Part shown: in pieces, positions 1-7,190 of the stretch | Position numbering within the stretch: the first letter of the stretch is position 1 | Layout: the number at the start of each line of letters is the position of its first letter | NCBI GenBank assembly: GCA_039809905.1 | Contig: JBDHVY010000001.1 | Location: 1 to 32,000 of the forward strand | Length of the DNA stretch: 32,000 bases | DNA from: Candidatus Babelota bacterium | GTDB taxonomy: Bacteria; Babelota; Babeliae; Babelales; Vermiphilaceae | Direction of reading: 5' to 3' | Translations under genes and position numbers: made by a program | The notes under the pieces: generated by a model | Database searches by the model: none | The model's input: the letters and a program-made list of their open reading frames with translations, nothing else | What the model was told of the DNA's origin: nothing

Positions 1-346
1 TGAGTGCATTAAGTTCTCGGATTATTTTTTTAGAAATCTGTTTTTTATAGAGCTTACGCATTTTTTGCAACAATTTCTGCGAATAATCTATTACCTCTGC
101 TATATCATCATATGATTCTATAGATAACCCACTTTCAATATATTTACAAAAATCATGCAACGGAGAATTGTCATCGGAATCTAATCGACTTATTTCTAAC
201 ATAATCTCATAAAGATCATTATGCTCTTCATCAGGATACACAGATTTTGTACTATCTACATTTCTAGGATTTGATAACAAAAGCGGTGAAGGAAACATTA
301 AAGATAAAGAAATAAAAATTGTACTATATCTTTTGAAATAAGCCAT
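1..346 (-). CDS. hypothetical leader-bearing protein (C-terminal part lies outside the window)
   Basis: Absent from the supplied track because it runs off the window edge. Reverse-strand ATG at 346-344. My translation MAYFKRYSTIFISLSLMFPSPLLLSNPRNVDSTKSVYPDEEHNDLYEIMLEISRLDSDDNSPLHDF... stays open to base 2. Hydrophobic N-terminal segment. Starts about 85 nt after the terminator of the upstream fibre gene. Confidence 0.5.
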   Translation of the reverse strand, partial: MAYFKRYSTIFISLSLMFPSPLLLSNPRNVDSTKSVYPDEEHNDLYEIMLEISRLDSDDNSPLHDFCKYIESGLSIESYDDIAEVIDYSQKLLQKMRKLYKKQISKKIIRELNAL

Positions 347-430
347 ATCTATGCCCAATCATTTAATTAATCTCTACAAAGTCCTTTATTTTTTTAACAA
401 AAGAAACTTGATTAAATCAATGAATAATAT

Positions 431-485
431 AAAAAGCAAAGCAGGTCAGACAAAATTTTATTGTCTGACCTGCTTTGCTTTTTAT
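431..485 (-). terminator. rho-independent terminator of the fibre gene
   Basis: Perfect 21-bp inverted repeat AAAGCAAAGCAGGTCAGACAA (433-453) / TTGTCTGACCTGCTTTGCTTT (461-481) with a 7-nt loop and a T-rich tail on the minus-strand transcript. Begins about 11 nt downstream of the stop at 496. Confidence 0.85.
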
Positions 486-495
486 AACAAAATAT

Positions 496-3258
496 TTATT
501 GTGTTAACATATCCAATCGAGCCATTACTTTTTGCATTGCCTGATTAATTGTAGCATTGTCCGTAACTAATTGATTAATTACTTGTGCTTGATCCTGAAC
601 TGTAGCATGTAATTTTTGAAGCTCATTCAATAATAGTTGTGGTAGTAAATGATAGCGTACAGTATACGGTTGTCCTTCTGAATCTTTTACCACCAAATCA
701 GGAAACACTTGATTAACTTCCTCTGCAATCAAACCATATTGCACTGCTTCTTCTAGATCATTATTGTAAACAAAAGTAACTGGTCTGAGTTTCATAATAT
801 CATTTGATGCATCATTCATATCTTGTATATCATGTTTAAATCTTTGCGAAGAAACAACTGTTCCCAGCTGCCCGTTAGCATCGACAAAGGTCAATATCCC
901 TGTACCCCCTACAGCTGTACCAAAAATACCTTGAATAAATGTTGCTATATGTGTTGCTGGAGTACCTATACGAATAACACCTGTTTCAGATGATACACCA
1001 GGATTTGATATGTAAATATTATCATCACCTGTTGTTAAACTCAGTCCAGAATTATACCCTACCATAACATTAGTAAATCCAGTAGTAAGATTTAAAGCTG
1101 CATTGTTTCCAACAAAAGTATTATTATTACCTGTTGCCAAGGTAAATCCACCCTGGAATCCAACTGCTGTGTTTCCTATTCCAGTTGTATTGCTTGCTAA
1201 AGTAAAATTACCTAGAGCTGTATTATCGTTTCCTTGAATGTTATTTACTAATGCAAAAGCTCCGTATGCAGCATTATTAGCACCAATTGTATTGGTATTC
1301 ATAGAGAACGCACCAACAGATGTATCATTAAATCCTGTTGTATTTGAGAATAATGCATTACGTCCAACACCAACATTTTCAGCGCCAGTAGTAGCAAAAT
1401 TACCCGCATTTATTCCAACAAATGTGTTATCTGTTCCAAAATTATGAATAAATCTATTGCCGGCTTTCATAATATTACCGACAGTTGGACTTGTGCTATT
1501 ATTCATAAATATATTGCAGTCAACAATCAAATCGCAGAGAGACAAACTACCCGCAAAAATATCAGTAGCAGATAAATCAACTACACAAAGATTGTCCATG
1601 CAACTTAGTACTGTTAAATCGGTTACGGTAATCGTTTGTGCAATTTCTTCATTCACTGATAATGTACCACTAATGCTTGCATCAACAGCTGAAAAATTAT
1701 TAACACACAAGCTATTCATACAATTTAAAACAACTAAATCTGTAACTGATAAATCAGTAACACACAAATTATCAATACAGCTTAAAACAACCAAATCGGT
1801 AACTGATAGATTTCGAATTACACCATCTGTAGCAGATAATGTAGTTGTCGTAATATTTTGTACAATTTCATCATTGACTGATAATGTACCACTTATGCTT
1901 GCATCAACAGCCGATAATGTATTCACACACAAACTATCCAAGCAACTTAAAATAACTATTTCGCCTACAGAAAGCTCAGTAACACAGAGGCTATCTATAC
2001 AACTCAAAACTACTAAATCAGTAACTGATAGATTTGTAATAGCTGCATCAGTTGCAGATAGATTTTGAATTACGGTATCAGTTGCAGATAGATTTTGAAT
2101 TACGGCATCGGTTGCAGACAGTGTTGTTGCCGTAATATTTTGTACAATTTCATCATTAACTGATAATGTACCACTTACTGTTTCATCAACAGCGGATAAA
2201 GAATTAACACACAAGCTATCCAAGCAGCTTATAATAGTTAAATCAGTTACTGATAAATTAGTGACACACAGATTATCTATGCAGCTTGCTACAGCTAAGT
2301 CAGTAACTGAAAGATTAGTAACACACAAATTATCAATACAGCTTGCAACAACTAAATCAGTGACAGATAAATCATTCACGCACAAGCTATCCATACAACT
2401 TAATACAACTAAATCGGTCACTGATAAATTTTCAATCACAACATCTGTTGCAGAAAGAACTTCAATAACTACATCAATGATTGTTAGACCAGCAATTGGG
2501 CCGTTAAAGGTTACTGTTCCATCAACGGTTAAATCACCTTTTATGAAAACATCATCTTTGAATTTAACATCGTCTTTGAAGCATACATCATCGTCAAAAC
2601 GAACTTTATTTTTGAAAACAGATTTTCCATAAACTTTAAGTTTACCATCTATTTCAACATTTTTTTTAAATGCAGCATCACCGAAAACCTCCAGTGGTGC
2701 TCTGACCTTAACAACTTTAACAGGACTTGGAGAAGGGCAACATTGATTATTAGATGGATCATTTCGATAAATCATACCGCTTTCAGGTAATTCATATTGA
2801 GTTGCCGAAACTGGTAATAATTTTTTTGCATTGATAGTAAGAGATTCATTAATTACTTGATTAATCACAGTGATAAGCGCATCAGAAATTTCTTCTGATT
2901 CATCAGGATTTATTTCTGAACTATATTCATCAAGTGTTCTTTCAGCATATTCAAGAGCATCTAGAACAGCACTATGCAACCCTATAGAAAAACCTTCTTC
3001 GATATGTCTTTTTAATTCTGCCAAAACAGAATCCGCATTATTTTCTAATCGATTTATACGAGATATTACATCATATAAATTACTAAACTCTTTTCCCAGA
3101 TAAACATAATGCATATCAGCATTATCTAAAATTTCATGTAATTCCTCTTTTGAAATATATGCTTGATGTCTTTCTATTGATTGCAACTGCGATGTTACAA
3201 ATAAAAGACTCATTGTTAAAAAATTGATGGAACAATTTATGAACCGAAAATTCTTCAT
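496..3258 (-). CDS. repeat-rich fibre/adhesin-like protein with C-terminal tail-fibre intramolecular chaperone (peptidase S74) module
   Basis: 922-aa ORF. The track start is TTG at 3264; ATG at 3258 has AAAGGG 6 nt upstream. The C-terminus GQLGTVVSSQRFKHDIQDM...LRPVTFVYNND...YGLIAEEVNQVFPDLV matches the autoproteolytic chaperone-of-endosialidase module (approx 499-852). Upstream of it are N/G/T-rich NTxxG-type repeats (NTAVGFQGG, NNTFVGNNA), then roughly 30 copies of a 10-aa LSxTDxxIxN / LSCIDSLCV repeat, then a K/D-rich beta-helix-like stretch (VFKNKVRFDDDVCFKDDVKFKDDVFIKGDLTVDG). The N-terminal region is likely helical and starts with a hydrophobic leader. Confidence 0.85.
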   Translation of the reverse strand: MKNFRFINCSINFLTMSLLFVTSQLQSIERHQAYISKEELHEILDNADMHYVYLGKEFSNLYDVISRINRLENNADSVLAELKRHIEEGFSIGLHSAVLDALEYAERTLDEYSSEINPDESEEISDALITVINQVINESLTINAKKLLPVSATQYELPESGMIYRNDPSNNQCCPSPSPVKVVKVRAPLEVFGDAAFKKNVEIDGKLKVYGKSVFKNKVRFDDDVCFKDDVKFKDDVFIKGDLTVDGTVTFNGPIAGLTIIDVVIEVLSATDVVIENLSVTDLVVLSCMDSLCVNDLSVTDLVVASCIDNLCVTNLSVTDLAVASCIDNLCVTNLSVTDLTIISCLDSLCVNSLSAVDETVSGTLSVNDEIVQNITATTLSATDAVIQNLSATDTVIQNLSATDAAITNLSVTDLVVLSCIDSLCVTELSVGEIVILSCLDSLCVNTLSAVDASISGTLSVNDEIVQNITTTTLSATDGVIRNLSVTDLVVLSCIDNLCVTDLSVTDLVVLNCMNSLCVNNFSAVDASISGTLSVNEEIAQTITVTDLTVLSCMDNLCVVDLSATDIFAGSLSLCDLIVDCNIFMNNSTSPTVGNIMKAGNRFIHNFGTDNTFVGINAGNFATTGAENVGVGRNALFSNTTGFNDTSVGAFSMNTNTIGANNAAYGAFALVNNIQGNDNTALGNFTLASNTTGIGNTAVGFQGGFTLATGNNNTFVGNNAALNLTTGFTNVMVGYNSGLSLTTGDDNIYISNPGVSSETGVIRIGTPATHIATFIQGIFGTAVGGTGILTFVDANGQLGTVVSSQRFKHDIQDMNDASNDIMKLRPVTFVYNNDLEEAVQYGLIAEEVNQVFPDLVVKDSEGQPYTVRYHLLPQLLLNELQKLHATVQDQAQVINQLVTDNATINQAMQKVMARLDMLTQ
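1510..2487 (-). repeat. in-frame coding tandem repeats (30-nt / 10-aa period with 57-60-nt and ~220-280-nt super-periods) inside the fibre gene
   Basis: Recurring DNA blocks such as atcagtaac(a/t)ga(t/c)a(a/g)att... Three longer units encode LSAVD(A/E)(S/T)(I/V)SGTLSVN(D/E)EI(V/A)Q. Two adjacent 30-mers at 2047-2076 and 2077-2106 are 29/30 identical. Confidence 0.9.
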
Positions 3259-3340
3259 ACACAACCCTTTTTTTTATACTTTTCCCACCGTTTTTATGTA
3301 ACAAAAATAGAGTAATGGTGTCAATAAAAGGATCGATAAC

Positions 3341-3372
3341 AAAAAAGATCTTTTAAACAAAGATCTTTTTTT
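3341..3372 (-). terminator. rho-independent terminator downstream of ruvC
   Basis: AAAAAGATCTTT / AAAGATCTTTTT inverted repeat with a T-run on both strands, about 30 nt after the ruvC stop (3400). Confidence 0.7.
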
Positions 3373-3399
3373 GTTGTTATAAATTGTCCTACTGAATTT

Positions 3400-3891
3400 T
3401 TATTTTGCTAAAATGTTATTTTGATTAATCGCCCATAGACCACACAAAGTAACTGCTAAAGCATCCGTAACATCTTCTTTTTTTGGCATCTCCATTCCGG
3501 GAAATAGTTGTAAAACAACACGCGCAACTTGATCTTTTGTTGCACCGCCAAAACCGGTTACTGATTGTTTAACTTCAGTTGGTGCAAATTCTTGTAATAC
3601 TGTTTTATGTTTATGTGCAAGAAGATACAATATGCCACGTAAATAACCAAGTTTTAAAAAATTCTGAGCATTTTTTCCTAAAAAAGGAGTTTCTAGAGAT
3701 ATTACGGTAACACCATGTGTTATGATTTTTTCTTCAAAAAATTGATGAAATTGACCAATACGATCAGAAATGCTATCAGATGAGGACATAGTTAAATGGC
3801 CATAATCAAGAAGAAGGGCTTGTCGCCCTTCTTTTTTTAGAATTCCAAATCCGGCATATCTAAAGCCCGGATCAACGCCTAATATTACCAC
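3400..3891 (-). CDS. ruvC: crossover junction endodeoxyribonuclease RuvC
   Basis: 163 aa. VILGVDPGFRYAGFGIL N-terminal catalytic Asp motif, ISLETPF (catalytic Glu), C-terminal DVTDALAV. GTG start with AAAGGAAG upstream. Confidence 0.93.
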   Translation of the reverse strand: MVILGVDPGFRYAGFGILKKEGRQALLLDYGHLTMSSSDSISDRIGQFHQFFEEKIITHGVTVISLETPFLGKNAQNFLKLGYLRGILYLLAHKHKTVLQEFAPTEVKQSVTGFGGATKDQVARVVLQLFPGMEMPKKEDVTDALAVTLCGLWAINQNNILAK

Positions 3892-3960
3892 CAGACTTCC
3901 TTTCAGTTTTTAACAATTTTTTAATCAAAGCATAGCATGATTGCACTGAAAGTGTATTAA

Positions 3961-4006
3961 AAAAAGCTTACGATCACCACTTTGACGGCAATCATAAGCT
4001 TTTTTA
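3961..4006 (-). terminator. candidate terminator closing the rplI-dnaB transcription unit
   Basis: AAAAAGCTTACGAT (3961-3974) / ATCATAAGCTTTTT (3991-4004), 13/14 complementary, T-run on the minus transcript. The loop is large (16 nt), hence moderate confidence. Confidence 0.4.
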
Positions 4007-4019
4007 TACAATAATAGAT

Positions 4020-4184
4020 TTATCTTTTAGATATTGTACCAGCAGTACTTTTTCGAAAAATTGAATGATCGCTATCACCTTTTACGAGTGAGGAAAAACC
4101 AAAATGAACCAATGCCATAACAACAACCGCTGTCATCGTACTTAAAACAACTTCGTCTTTTCTTGGAAAAAATCCGCTCTTCAT
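4020..4184 (-). CDS. small hypothetical membrane protein (54 aa)
   Basis: The track ORF is 4020-4220. The internal ATG at 4184 (MKSGFFPRKDEVVLSTMTAVVVMALVHFGF...) is preceded by GGAAGGGA. One hydrophobic helix and no recognisable family. Confidence 0.3.
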   Translation of the reverse strand: MKSGFFPRKDEVVLSTMTAVVVMALVHFGFSSLVKGDSDHSIFRKSTAGTISKR

Positions 4185-4229
4185 CTTAGTCCCTTCCACT
4201 ATTATTATTTTACCTTGCACACAAAAAAT

Positions 4230-5609
4230 TTATTCAAAATCAGGAGAATCCTCGAACTTTGTAATTTCTCTGATAAAATTCATAAACACAGTTCCTGTTG
4301 GTCCATTACGGTGTTTTCCAATAATAAGTTCTGCCAATGCCGGATTTTCTGTATCTTGATTGTAAACATAATCGCGATATAGAAACATGATAACATCAGC
4401 ATCCTGTTCAATAGCTCCTGATTCACGTAAATCAGATAAAATTGGCCTTTTATCCATACGACTATCAACTGCCCGTGAAAGCTGTGATAACGCAATTATC
4501 GGGATATTAAGTTCCTTTGCTAATGCTTTGAGTGAACGTGAAATTTCAGACACTTCTTGATGTCGGTTTTCATGTTTTTTACTGGAATGTAACAATTGCA
4601 AGTAATCAACCACCAAAAATTGTAACCCATGCTCAATTTTTAATTTGCGCGCCTTTGCCCGCAGATCCATAATAGTAAGCATGGGTGTATCATCAATAAA
4701 AACTTTCATTTCAGCAAGTTGCGCAGCAACATTGGTTAAATCAATCCATTCATCAGACGAAATGGTGGCATTTCTGATATTATGATGACCAATTCCTGAT
4801 TCTGCTGATAAAAGACGCAAAGTCAGCTGTTCTGCAGACATTTCTAGGGAGAATATACCGGTAGCAAATCCATTGCGTGCAGCGGTAAGAGCAATACCAA
4901 GCGATAGTGCAGTTTTACCCATAGAGGGTCGTGCTGCAAGAACGATAAAGTCGCTATTTTGAAAGCCCGATGTCATTTGATCAAGTTGAGCAAAACCAGA
5001 AGGAATACCTGTTATACCTTTTGTATGACTTTTAATATCAGAAAGATGCTGAAATGTTTTTTTTAACCAAATATCAAGTTGTACAAAACTGTTGCTCGAC
5101 CGCTTATTTGAAATATTGAAAATGATTTTCTCTGCATCATCAAGCACTGCATCTATTGAATCCTCATCTTGTGTGTAGCAATTAGAAATAATTGTTGCCG
5201 CAGAACCAATGAGTTGACGCAATACTGATTTTTCTTTAATAATCGTTGCATGCTGAATAATTAATCCAACAGAAGGTATATCTTCCTGTAGCGTAAGAAG
5301 GTATACAATACCTCCAATGGCATCTAATTGATCTCGCTTAGTCAATTCATCTTGTAAGGTAACAATATCGATTCGTTTATGCTTTTGACTAAGATCAACT
5401 ATAGCCTGATAGATCATTTTATGGGCAACATTATAAAAATCATCAGGAGTAATAACTTCTGCAACCGCACTGATATATTCATCATTTAATAATAATGCTC
5501 CTAAAACAGCTTTCTCTGCATCAATATTGGCAGGAAGACTTTTACCAAGAACCCCTTCAATAGAAGGTTTTTTTGGTACAATGTTATTGTAAGAAGCATT
5601 TTTATTCAT
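4230..5609 (-). CDS. dnaB: replicative DNA helicase DnaB
   Basis: 459 aa. N-terminal AEKAVLGALLLN, Walker A AARPSMGKTALSLG, Walker B FLVVDYLQL, and SQLSRAVDSR / ESGAIEQDAD motifs typical of DnaB. Confidence 0.97.
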   Translation of the reverse strand: MNKNASYNNIVPKKPSIEGVLGKSLPANIDAEKAVLGALLLNDEYISAVAEVITPDDFYNVAHKMIYQAIVDLSQKHKRIDIVTLQDELTKRDQLDAIGGIVYLLTLQEDIPSVGLIIQHATIIKEKSVLRQLIGSAATIISNCYTQDEDSIDAVLDDAEKIIFNISNKRSSNSFVQLDIWLKKTFQHLSDIKSHTKGITGIPSGFAQLDQMTSGFQNSDFIVLAARPSMGKTALSLGIALTAARNGFATGIFSLEMSAEQLTLRLLSAESGIGHHNIRNATISSDEWIDLTNVAAQLAEMKVFIDDTPMLTIMDLRAKARKLKIEHGLQFLVVDYLQLLHSSKKHENRHQEVSEISRSLKALAKELNIPIIALSQLSRAVDSRMDKRPILSDLRESGAIEQDADVIMFLYRDYVYNQDTENPALAELIIGKHRNGPTGTVFMNFIREITKFEDSPDFE

Positions 5610-5617
5610 AATAATAA

Positions 5618-6061
5618 CTACTCAGCAATAATGGTTACTGTTATGCTCGGCTTTAAACGTGTTGATAATTTAATATGGACTTTGAATGAGCCCTTTGATT
5701 TGATAGATTTATCAAATTCTACCTGGCCTTTAGTGATGCTTATGCCTTGTTGAGCAAGTGCCTCAACTACTTCTGATGCATTGACTGAACCATACAATTG
5801 ACCATCATCATGCATTTTCTTTTTGAGAGTAATAGCAACAGTGTTCAGTTTTTCAGCAAACATAGATGTCTGAGAAGCAATTACTTCTTTACGATTTTCA
5901 ACTTTGCGAATTTTAGAAAGGTATTGGCCTTTATTATGAGGTGTTATTTCAACAGCCAATCCCTGGGGGATAAGGAAATTACGAGCAAAACCGTCTCCTA
6001 CTTTGATAATTTCTCCAGCCAACCCTATTTTTTCAACGTCTTTACGTAGGTATACTTCCAT
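5618..6061 (-). CDS. rplI: 50S ribosomal protein L9
   Basis: 147 aa. MEVYLRKDVEKIGLAGEIIKVGDGFARNFLIPQGLA is the L9 N-terminal signature. AAGGAG precedes the ATG. Classical rplI-dnaB adjacency. Confidence 0.96.
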   Translation of the reverse strand: MEVYLRKDVEKIGLAGEIIKVGDGFARNFLIPQGLAVEITPHNKGQYLSKIRKVENRKEVIASQTSMFAEKLNTVAITLKKKMHDDGQLYGSVNASEVVEALAQQGISITKGQVEFDKSIKSKGSFKVHIKLSTRLKPSITVTIIAE

Positions 6062-6204
6062 CTCATGCTCCTTTACAGCACCATGTTACATTACATCTCA
6101 CATGGAGACCCCAATAAAACCTGGGGGGATAAATTTTGTATTTCCATCCTTTAATACACAGTTTTCAGTATATCCTAAAAAAAAAGACTTGAGAATAAAG
6201 GTTT

Positions 6205-6348
6205 TTAACTCTTTTCACGTTCCAAGGCTAAAGCACTTAAATAGAAACTAGAACGACCCATTGAATGGATAATAAGGATTAAAGCAGTCATAACAATTAA
6301 TACCATAAGAATTAGTGATCCAGAAGGATTTCTAGTCCCTTTTTTCAT
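6205..6348 (-). CDS. possible truncated minor pseudopilin (47 aa, GspK/PilX/ComGG-like N-terminal segment only)
   Basis: Below the ORF-track size cutoff. ATG at 6348 is preceded by GAGGAAAACAGTC and overlaps the end of the upstream pseudopilin gene by 17 nt. My translation is MKKGTRNPSGSLILMVLIVMTALILIIHSMGRSSFYLSALALEREKS. Too short for a complete pseudopilin, and the downstream 140 nt is closed in all frames. Confidence 0.3.
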   Translation of the reverse strand: MKKGTRNPSGSLILMVLIVMTALILIIHSMGRSSFYLSALALEREKS

Positions 6349-6841
6349 GACTGTTTTCCTCTTTTTTTAATGAAACATAGCAGGTAATCGGTTTTACATG
6401 AGCATATTGGGATGTCATAATAAGACTTATTCCGATAAGAACATCTCCATTCTTTTCAGTTGTAAAAATAAGATGGGCAATATCTTTAGCAATAATACTC
6501 ACAATTGTCTTATGCCACGTATGATCTTTATAAATACCCTCTCTTCTTTCGAGAGAATTTTGATAAAAACGCCACCCAATAGCAAAACCTTCCCTTTCCC
6601 ATATAAGTTCTTGTGGTGAAATTAATTTCCATGCATGTGTACCATTTCTCATCGAACGTATATCACGGACAAAAAAATCTGATGCAATATGAAGAGCTAC
6701 AATTGATTGATTTTTTCTCATAACAGCAAAAGAAGGAATAATGAATACAGTTATAATATGGCAGAAAAATAATGTAACTATAGAAAAAATCATAAGATAC
6801 ATAAGAAAAGATAATAATGAAAATCCTTTTTTATGATGCAT
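6332..6841 (-). CDS. pseudopilin-like protein (GspJ/ComGF-like) with atypical N-terminal methylation motif lacking Glu5
   Basis: 169 aa. MHHKKGFSLLSFLMYLMIFSIVTLFF resembles the prepilin leader G|F-x-L-x-E plus hydrophobic helix, but has Ser where the Glu is expected. 11-nt overlap with the upstream pseudopilin gene. Confidence 0.65.
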   Translation of the reverse strand: MHHKKGFSLLSFLMYLMIFSIVTLFFCHIITVFIIPSFAVMRKNQSIVALHIASDFFVRDIRSMRNGTHAWKLISPQELIWEREGFAIGWRFYQNSLERREGIYKDHTWHKTIVSIIAKDIAHLIFTTEKNGDVLIGISLIMTSQYAHVKPITCYVSLKKEENSHEKRD

Positions 6842-7100
6842 ATAATTCTCTATTATAGCCCCAATCTCTATTGCATGCTGACTGGGGACCCCAAATTAGG
6901 AGGTTTTTTGGTATTATTTTTTGTGAAAGTTTTTTTTCTGTTTTGTTACGCTTTGTAGAAAAATTTTCAATTTTTTTAAGCGCTTTCTGTTGCGTGCTAT
7001 GCACTTCAATTATATAATGGGTAATAATTAGAATGAAAAAAATTGACACAACCAAACCCATCATCAACTCAACAAGAAGGAATCCATTTTTAGTTTTCAT
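6831..7100 (-). CDS. prepilin-type N-terminal cleavage/methylation domain protein (minor pseudopilin)
   Basis: The track ORF starts at 7160. ATG at 7100 gives MKTKNG|FLLVELMMGLVVSIFFILII, a canonical type IV pilin / T2SS pseudopilin leader (G-F-x-L-x-E plus hydrophobic helix). 89 aa. Confidence 0.8.
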   Translation of the reverse strand: MKTKNGFLLVELMMGLVVSIFFILIITHYIIEVHSTQQKALKKIENFSTKRNKTEKKLSQKIIPKNLLIWGPQSACNRDWGYNRELYAS

Positions 7101-7190
7101 TTGATTATATTCTTTTAAGTTCTTTACTGAGTTTTTCATGCAGCATATAATAGACAACATGAAAGATATAATAATAATAAAAGGTACGCT

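Noticed and set aside
1510-2487. A regular ~30-nt periodic repeat array that could superficially suggest a CRISPR locus
   Set aside because: The units are contiguous with no unique spacers, sit in-frame within a 922-aa ORF, and encode a coherent decapeptide repeat. No cas genes are nearby.
1238-2632. Plus-strand track ORFs 1238-1447, 1457-2068 and 2261-2632 (69-203 aa), rich in S/T/K/V repeats
   Set aside because: They are antisense shadows of the repetitive fibre gene, whose periodic low-complexity coding keeps the opposite strand open. They have no SD or start context. The minus-strand ORF is continuous and carries recognisable domains.
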